Made by a program: the position numbers and the translations under genes. From Myxococcota bacterium (lineage in GTDB: Bacteria > Myxococcota_A > Polyangia > Nannocystales > Nannocystaceae): a stretch of 64,000 bases of DNA. The stretch's first letter is position 1, and every line of letters begins with the position of its first letter. The stretch covers positions 44,132 to 108,131 of the forward strand of contig JBCCHT010000041.1 of NCBI GenBank assembly GCA_039028615.1, written 5' to 3'. Below are positions 58,243 to 64,000 of this stretch, one piece after another. The notes below the pieces were generated by a model. That model saw only the letters and a program-made list of their open reading frames with translations, searched no databases and had not been told where the DNA came from.

Positions 58243-59268
58243 CTAGCGGCCGAGGTGGCCCATCAGCTCGTCGATGAGGGCCGGCTCGAACACCGAGCCG
58301 GTGAGCTCGGTACGAACCTTGTCGGCCACGGTCTTCCAGGCGCCGAAATTCTCCGGCTTGATGACCTCGATGCCCTTGTCGACCAGAGCGGTCATGGCCT
58401 TCTTGTTGTCACGCCGAATGCGCTTGAGCAGGGCCTTGTTCTTGGCCCGGCTCACGTCGTGAAGGATTTGCTGGATCTCGGGGCTCAGCTTCTCCCACGA
58501 CTTCACCGACAGCACGGAACCACCGATGGTCATCGCCAGCTTGAGGTCGGTGATGTACCGCGCCTTCGTGTACCACTGCAGCGCAATCGCACCGTAGGGC
58601 GAGTTGAGGTAGGCGTCGATCATGCCGGTCTGGAGGCTCGACATGACGTCGGGCACGGCCAGGGGCACCGCGTTGACGCCGGTGACCTTCATGACGGTGT
58701 CGGAGACCGGATCGGCCTCCCACTTCCACATCTTGGTCTTCTTGGCGTCGTCGGGCACGCGGATGGGCGTGTTGGAGAACAGGTACGTGAAGCCCACGTC
58801 GCCCCAGTTCCCGTCGAGCAGGAAGCCTTCCTTCTCGAGCAGGCCCTCGAAGGTGCCGCTCATCGCGTTGCGGACGCGGTCGAGCTCGGAGTAGTTGCGG
58901 AAGAGCATCGGCAGCTGGAGCATCAGCAGCTGCCGGTTGATGACGCCGAGGCCGACGTTGGTCACCGCCGCGCCGTCGAGCTGCCCGGTTCGCATCTTGC
59001 GGACCATGGCCGGCTCGTCACCCATGGTGCCGCCCGCGTAGATCTTGATGGCGACCGCACCGTCGGTCTTCTCTTTGACCTCCCGCTTGATCTGTTGGAA
59101 CGCCTTTTCCCAGGTCGAGCCCACGGGTGCCAGCGTGGCGATGCGGAGCTTGTGAAGGGGGGCACCCTTGGCGATGAGCGGGAAGCCGCTGGCGACCGCG
59201 GCAGTCGCGGCGGCCGACCCCTTGACGAAGGTACGGCGGGAAGCTTTTGCAGGCGTTTTCGATGTCAT
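58243..59268 (-). CDS. dctP: TRAP substrate-binding protein (TPAT P component) with a Tat signal
   Basis: SRRTFVK twin-arginine signal; LRIATLAPVGSTW, IYAGGTMGDE..MVRKMRTGQLDG, VMSSLQTGMIDA, ALQWY. Confidence 0.93.
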   Translation of the reverse strand: MTSKTPAKASRRTFVKGSAAATAAVASGFPLIAKGAPLHKLRIATLAPVGSTWEKAFQQIKREVKEKTDGAVAIKIYAGGTMGDEPAMVRKMRTGQLDGAAVTNVGLGVINRQLLMLQLPMLFRNYSELDRVRNAMSGTFEGLLEKEGFLLDGNWGDVGFTYLFSNTPIRVPDDAKKTKMWKWEADPVSDTVMKVTGVNAVPLAVPDVMSSLQTGMIDAYLNSPYGAIALQWYTKARYITDLKLAMTIGGSVLSVKSWEKLSPEIQQILHDVSRAKNKALLKRIRRDNKKAMTALVDKGIEVIKPENFGAWKTVADKVRTELTGSVFEPALIDELMGHLGR

Positions 59269-59351
59269 GAGGTCGGTGCTCCTAGAAACCCGAGGGCGCC
59301 CAACGCTTTTACCCGAAGGGCGCTAGGTCTAAAAACGCCCGGCGGGCACGT

Positions 59352-60290
59352 CTATTCAGAAAGGATGATTTCGTCGACGTGTTTGGCCCAGAAACGGGCG
59401 CGATCACGCGCAATTTCGTTGGTCAGGCGCAGATCTGGGTGTTCGGTCACATCCGCCTCAGCCACCTTGGCGATCATCTCGTCGAACAGCGCCCGGTCTT
59501 GCACCATCGTCGCGTAGAAGCGCGCCACGAGGAACGGCAGGAGCAGGTTCTCGCCGTGCGCGGCCAAACCCTCGTCGAAGAACTTCTTGGCGACTACGGG
59601 ATCACCGCCCAGCGCGGGCGGCTTGCTCGCGTGGAACACGCCGAGCAGCGCGTAGGGAGCCCCCGCGTTGTAGTCGGGATCGAGCTCGAACATCCGGTTC
59701 ATCAGCATCTCGATCGACGACAGGCCAGACATCAAGTGGGGATCGTCCTTGGCCAGGTTCACCGCCGAGGCCCAGCCGTAGACCGCCCAGAACAACCCGG
59801 GTGCGTCCTCTTTGTCGAGCTCGGCCACCTCGGCCGCGAGGGTCTCGAGGTCACTGGCGAAGGCGGCCTCTTTGAGCTTGGGTCGATCCAACCAACGGAA
59901 GCCGTACTCGCGCGCGCGCAGGTAGTGGATCTTCGCTCGGCGAGCGAGGTCCTCGACGTCCTCCTCCGGCCCGTCGATCTGCGCGTGCTCGAGGTCTCCC
60001 TCGACGATGCCGAACGCGTAGGCGTTGTAGCCCCGCGCCAACAGCAGCAGCAGCTCTTTGTTCTCGGGCGAGGAGACCAGGAAGGTCTCGAGGGTCTTGA
60101 GGCTCGCCGGGAACGCGTAGCGAGCGAACTCGAGATCGGCCTCGCGATCCAGTGCCACCGAGCCGTAGTCGAGCGCCTTGGAGGTGGTGTTGGCGGTCAA
60201 CCGGTTGACGTTGCAGCCGCTCGTCGCGAGGGCTCCCAAGACTCCGGCGATGGCGGCCCGGCGGGCCCACGTGATGATGCGAGACGACAT
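59352..60290 (-). CDS. TRAP transporter TatT (TPAT T component) lipoprotein
   Basis: LATSGC lipobox; E.DLEFAR.AFPASLKTLE, SPEN..LL...A.GY..YAFG, A...YLRA..YG, PPALGGD...AK.FF; first gene of a T-P-Q-M operon. Confidence 0.87.
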   Translation of the reverse strand: MSSRIITWARRAAIAGVLGALATSGCNVNRLTANTTSKALDYGSVALDREADLEFARYAFPASLKTLETFLVSSPENKELLLLLARGYNAYAFGIVEGDLEHAQIDGPEEDVEDLARRAKIHYLRAREYGFRWLDRPKLKEAAFASDLETLAAEVAELDKEDAPGLFWAVYGWASAVNLAKDDPHLMSGLSSIEMLMNRMFELDPDYNAGAPYALLGVFHASKPPALGGDPVVAKKFFDEGLAAHGENLLLPFLVARFYATMVQDRALFDEMIAKVAEADVTEHPDLRLTNEIARDRARFWAKHVDEIILSE

Positions 60291-60387
60291 GATGTGCTCC
60301 AACCTGGGGTGCAGGCGCGCGAGTATGGCAACGGGCCGCCCCGCCTCGCAACGGTCCCCGGATTTTGAGACCCTGTGCCCGGACGCC

Positions 60388-60816
60388 ATGCCTGCTTCCA
60401 AGCCCTCCATCGCCTGGCTGCTGCCGCTGTGTCTCGCGGCCTGCGAAGATCGCGTGGAGCAGTGCAATCGCCTCATCGGGCCGCTCAACCCCTATACGGA
60501 GGCCATGATCCACGGGATGGAGGGGCTCGCTCGCGTCGAGTCCGACCCCACCGCGATCGATAAGTGGCTCGAGGTGATCGACGCCGCCGACCGGGAACTC
60601 GGGGCGCTCGAGTTCAAGAACGAGGAGCTGGCCGGGTTTGCGCAGCGGTATCAGCGACAGCTCGGAGATGCCCGCAAAGCGGCCACCACCATGCGCGACG
60701 CCGCCAAGACACGCGACGTGAAGGCGCTGCACGCCGCGGCCAAGCAAGGCGACGCGTTCCTCGAGGCGCAGGCCACGTTGGTCGAAGAGCTGAACGCGTA
60801 CTGCACGACCCCGTAA
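60388..60816 (+). CDS. Small helical lipoprotein
   Basis: LCLAAC lipobox; all-helical pattern; Cys near both ends of the mature protein. Confidence 0.78.
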   Translation: MPASKPSIAWLLPLCLAACEDRVEQCNRLIGPLNPYTEAMIHGMEGLARVESDPTAIDKWLEVIDAADRELGALEFKNEELAGFAQRYQRQLGDARKAATTMRDAAKTRDVKALHAAAKQGDAFLEAQATLVEELNAYCTTP

Positions 60817-60920
60817 ACGGCGCTTCGTCGCGCTGGGGCCCACATCGGGGCGACAACGCTCACGCGAGTGCGTCGCAGCGGTTTGTTCCGTAGGCACCGC
60901 GGTGTACCCTGGCGCCGAGC

Positions 60921-61979
60921 ATGAACTTCGATCCCGCCGCCGATCCATGGGGCACGGCGATGTTGGCCAGCGCCGTTCTCTGGGTCCTCTCGGCCCTGAT
61001 CGGGGTGGTCGCGACGCTGGCCGGGACCACGCGTCGCGCCGGGGGCCGACTCATGCTGTTGTCCCTGCTGGGCTTCCTCGTCGCCGCGGGCGGAGGCACC
61101 TGGGAGCGCATCCAGGTCGCCGATGCGGAGGCGAACAAGCCCGTGCCGCCCAAGCCCCGCGAGATCGTGGCGCCCAAGCCTCCGGCCGATCCCGACGATG
61201 GCGAGGTCGCGGCGGACGATGGCGACGAGATCTGGGCCGACAAGCAGCCCGCGCCCGAGCCCGAGACGGACACGGCCGTGGCAGATGCACCGCCGGGCGA
61301 CGAAGACCCCGACGGCGACGAGCCGGTCGAGGCCATCGCTGATACGCCGCCTCCTCCCGTGACCCCGCCGACTCCGGTCGTCGACGTGCAGCTGCCACAG
61401 GTGGACCCGCTGCCGGGCGATCCCAAGGAGCAGGGCAAGGTGATTCGGGCCCGGCTGCGGAACGCGACGCGAGTGGTCGACAGCCCGCGTGCGTGCGCGT
61501 CGATCGACGATGTCGCCCAAGCATGGGCCGAGCTGCGAACCGTGCCCAACGAAAAGCCCTGGGCTCGGCGGGCCGAGGCGCTCGTCGAAGACCTCGAGGA
61601 CTGCCGCAAGCGCCTGCTCTACAGCGCGAGTCGGCGAGTGCGACGGCAACACGTCGATGCTCGCGATGCGTTCGCAGACGAAGCCGCCAACCGCTTCCGC
61701 AAGGACTACGACCTCAAGGTCGCGGTCACCATCAGCGGCAACTCGCACGAGCGACTGCGCATCGGTGGTTCGGGTCTCGACGCCGCCAAGGCCCAAGAGA
61801 TCATGAACGGCGGCTTGCAGGCAGAGCTGGTGGCGCTTCAGTTCGCCCACGTCGTCTTGTCGGACACCAAGAACCCGAAGACCTATACCTTCGAGGTCAC
61901 GCCCGACCAGCAGCTCGGCCGGCCGGAGCTCACCGCGGTGGGGCTCGGCAAGCCGCTGGCGCTGCCCGAAGCGCCCTAG
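60921..61979 (+). CDS. Hypothetical membrane protein (2 TM helices, acidic Pro-rich linker, C-terminal domain)
   Basis: Two N-terminal hydrophobic helices, a Pro/Asp/Glu linker and a globular C-terminus. Confidence 0.78.
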   Translation: MNFDPAADPWGTAMLASAVLWVLSALIGVVATLAGTTRRAGGRLMLLSLLGFLVAAGGGTWERIQVADAEANKPVPPKPREIVAPKPPADPDDGEVAADDGDEIWADKQPAPEPETDTAVADAPPGDEDPDGDEPVEAIADTPPPPVTPPTPVVDVQLPQVDPLPGDPKEQGKVIRARLRNATRVVDSPRACASIDDVAQAWAELRTVPNEKPWARRAEALVEDLEDCRKRLLYSASRRVRRQHVDARDAFADEAANRFRKDYDLKVAVTISGNSHERLRIGGSGLDAAKAQEIMNGGLQAELVALQFAHVVLSDTKNPKTYTFEVTPDQQLGRPELTAVGLGKPLALPEAP

Positions 61980-61995
61980 CACCGACAACCAACGG

Positions 61996-62034
61996 AAAAA
62001 GGCCTCGGCCCCACCCAAAGGTGAGACCGAGGCC
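61996..62034 (-). terminator. Intrinsic terminator
   Basis: AAAAA-GGCCTCGG...CCGAGGCC; U tract on the minus strand after the PH-domain gene. Confidence 0.65.
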
Positions 62035-62054
62035 GGGTTTGTGGAGGGGTCGGG

Positions 62055-62669
62055 TCAGCGAGCGGGGCGAGTGTTCGCCTCGATGCGGCGAAGCAGCTCC
62101 AGCATGTCGCTGCGCTCCCGGGCGCTCTCGATCTCGCGGTACGAGCGAGCGCTCATGTCCTCGACGGTCGGGCCGCCGGAGCGACGGTTGACCTGATGGA
62201 CTCGGTCGAGGATGAGCTTCTGCATCGCGGGCGCGTCGGTGATGGCCAGCATGCGAGCGCCGGACATCGCCTCGCCGGTCATGTCGCGAACGACGACCGA
62301 GCGCAGCCCGAGGGCCTTCTCCAGCCAGGTGCAGGAGATGGCGACGTCGCTGACTCTCTCCAGCGGGATGCTGCGGGCACGGAAGCCGATGATCCCGTTG
62401 GTGACGATGATGCGAGAGTTGGTGACCCAGTAGCGGTGCTTGTCGATGTAGGCTCGCAGCGCGAAGTAGACGATCGGCAGGGCCAGGATCCCGATGACCG
62501 AGATGACACAGACGAACGCCGCACAGACCATGAGATAGCGGAACAGCGGGTCCCGCATCGGGGTGCCTTCGACCAGCACCTTCTCGCCCTCGGTCAGCTT
62601 CAAGCCGAAGCGAGGGTCCAGGGAGGAGGCGGTGGCCGGAAGGTTGGTGGCCCGCGGGGCCATCTTCAT
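62055..62669 (-). CDS. Bacterial PH-domain (bPH_2/YdbS-like) membrane protein
   Basis: LTEGEKVL, hydrophobic hairpin, RYWVTNSRIIVTNGII...SIPLERVSDV.....LEKALGL. Confidence 0.85.
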   Translation of the reverse strand: MKMAPRATNLPATASSLDPRFGLKLTEGEKVLVEGTPMRDPLFRYLMVCAAFVCVISVIGILALPIVYFALRAYIDKHRYWVTNSRIIVTNGIIGFRARSIPLERVSDVAISCTWLEKALGLRSVVVRDMTGEAMSGARMLAITDAPAMQKLILDRVHQVNRRSGGPTVEDMSARSYREIESARERSDMLELLRRIEANTRPAR

Positions 62670-62758
62670 TGCGGTCGTGGTCACGGTCCTGGAGCTACCC
62701 AGGCTACGTGCCTGCCATTCCTCACGAAGGTCGAATTCGGCGGAAAATCGTACGCGGC

Positions 62759-63388
62759 TCAGGGGGTGAGGCTCGAGCAGAACTCGACCGTCTCGGCCTG
62801 AACCCGGGGCCCTCCCGACGCGCTCTCGCACCACACCGCCTTGCCCGCGAGCTCGCGGCGGACCTGGGCGAAGTACACGGGGCCCCACTCGTTGGCTTCT
62901 TGGAAAGTCACCACCCAGCCGTCGTCGAGGGTCTCGGTCTTCACGTTGCGGCGTGAGCGGAGGGCTCGATGCTTGGTGGCCGCCTCGGCGGTCGCGGGGC
63001 GAGGATCGGCGGCCGGGATCACGATGGCGACGAAGTCGGAGGCTCGCACCAGGGTGCCGCCTTCGATCGCCGCGGGCCCGACCGTGGTCCCGGTCGGGGC
63101 GACGGCATGCAGACCGAGCTCGGGCAAGGCCAGCTTCGCCATGCCCTCGGCGACCGCCGCAGGCGGAGGCTCCTCGTTGGTCTCGGGCTTGGTGTCCGGC
63201 TCGGCCTTCGAAGGCGGCTTCACGTCTGCCTCGGCCGGGGGCTCTTTCGGTTGGTCCGGGCTCGGCTTCGCGGGCGCGGGTTTCTCGGCGGCCGAGGGCG
63301 GTGACGTGGGTGGTGCATCGTCGCAGCCGGCCGCCAGCGAAAGCGCCAGCAGCGAAGAAAGAACGACCGTGGGGCTCGCCGTGCGCAT
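62759..63388 (-). CDS. Hypothetical lipoprotein
   Basis: LSLAAGC lipobox; Pro-rich linker; small C-terminal domain with two Cys. Confidence 0.78.
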   Translation of the reverse strand: MRTASPTVVLSSLLALSLAAGCDDAPPTSPPSAAEKPAPAKPSPDQPKEPPAEADVKPPSKAEPDTKPETNEEPPPAAVAEGMAKLALPELGLHAVAPTGTTVGPAAIEGGTLVRASDFVAIVIPAADPRPATAEAATKHRALRSRRNVKTETLDDGWVVTFQEANEWGPVYFAQVRRELAGKAVWCESASGGPRVQAETVEFCSSLTP

Positions 63389-63394
63389 CGAGTC

Positions 63395-64000
63395 TCAGCC
63401 TCGCTCGTCGAGTTCAGCGATGGCCCGCTTGGGGGCGACCGCGCGGTAGCTCTCTTCGATCCACTCCATCAACACGGAGGGCGGGGGCATGGCATCGGGC
63501 GGGATGCGGACCGAGACCCAGCCCGAGCGGCCCAGGCCGTAGCCAGTGGGGTTGGCGAAGGGCAGCGAGAGCACGACGTCGCCGCTATGCGGCAGCTTGA
63601 CCGACATGCCGAAGCCCTCCCGGAGGTAGTCGTCCGTGCTCATGCCGAAGAACACGAAGACCTTCTTGCCGACCTTGGCCACGCTCTCGCCCCAGGGGTG
63701 ATCTTCCCAGGCCTGGGGCAGCTGTAGCGACCACGCGAGCATCTGCTCCCGCATCTGCCGGGACACGAGCACGGCGGAGTCCGCTCCCTTCTTCTTTGCG
63801 CCCGTCTTCTTCTTTGCGGCCGTCTTCTTCTTTGCGCCCGGCTTCGTCTTTGCGCCCGTCTTCGTCTTTGCGGCCGTCTTCTTCTTTGCGGCCGTCTTCT
63901 TCTTTGCGGCCGTCTTCTTCTTTGCGGCCGTCTTCTTCTTTGCGGCCGTCTTCTTCTTTGCGGCCGTCTTCTTCTTTGCGGCCGTCTTCTTCTTTGCGGC
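63395..64000 (-). CDS. MmcQ/YjbR-family protein with an N-terminal Lys/Ala repeat tail (5' end lies outside the window)
   Basis: LPQAWEDHPWGESVAKVGKKVF...SVKLP...PTGYGLGRSGWV...WIEESYRAVAPK; the frame stays open upstream through the repeat. Confidence 0.88.
   Translation of the reverse strand, partial: AAKKKTAAKKKTAAKKKTAAKKKTAAKKKTAAKKKTAAKKKTAAKTKTGAKTKPGAKKKTAAKKKTGAKKKGADSAVLVSRQMREQMLAWSLQLPQAWEDHPWGESVAKVGKKVFVFFGMSTDDYLREGFGMSVKLPHSGDVVLSLPFANPTGYGLGRSGWVSVRIPPDAMPPPSVLMEWIEESYRAVAPKRAIAELDERG
63788..64000 (-). repeat. 18-bp tandem repeat (about 12 copies visible) encoding AAKKKT
   Basis: CTTCTTCTTTGCGGCCGT units, with a few variants at the left end. Confidence 0.97.

Noticed and set aside
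63788..64000. Tandem repeat considered as a CRISPR array or non-coding satellite
   Set aside because: There are no spacers, and the 18-bp unit is in frame with the YjbR gene

Overview
GC-rich chromosomal segment, very probably from a myxobacterium (inferred from Cys-rich lipoproteins, an MXAN_5187-like protein, a Zn-ribbon/GYF/TPR protein and Myxococcus-type Cys-rich repeats; possibly Nannocystaceae-like). It holds about 52 CDSs. Housekeeping genes (gltA 3' end, bioA, rseP-tsaB, manC, pyrE, purQ, purL, leuS) are interleaved with many secreted or lipoprotein genes, a two-component system, a FadL-type outer-membrane channel and a four-gene TPAT/TRAP-T transporter. I found no rRNA, tRNA, CRISPR array, transposase or integrase. 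Most notable: (1) a full-length bacterial homologue of the eukaryotic N-degron enzyme NTAQ1/WDYHV1, divergent from an orphan gene; (2) a TRAP small subunit (DctQ) with a long acidic insertion of repeated DDFGGFGGGF motifs, in a TPAT operon; (3) an MmcQ/YjbR protein with a histone-H1-like (AAKKKT)n tail; (4) tandem Cys-rich VWA lipoprotein paralogues; (5) an EGF-like plus six-repeat beta-sandwich lipoprotein; (6) operator-like palindromes and a recurring leaderless-promoter signature. All calls come from reading motifs by eye; no searches were run.
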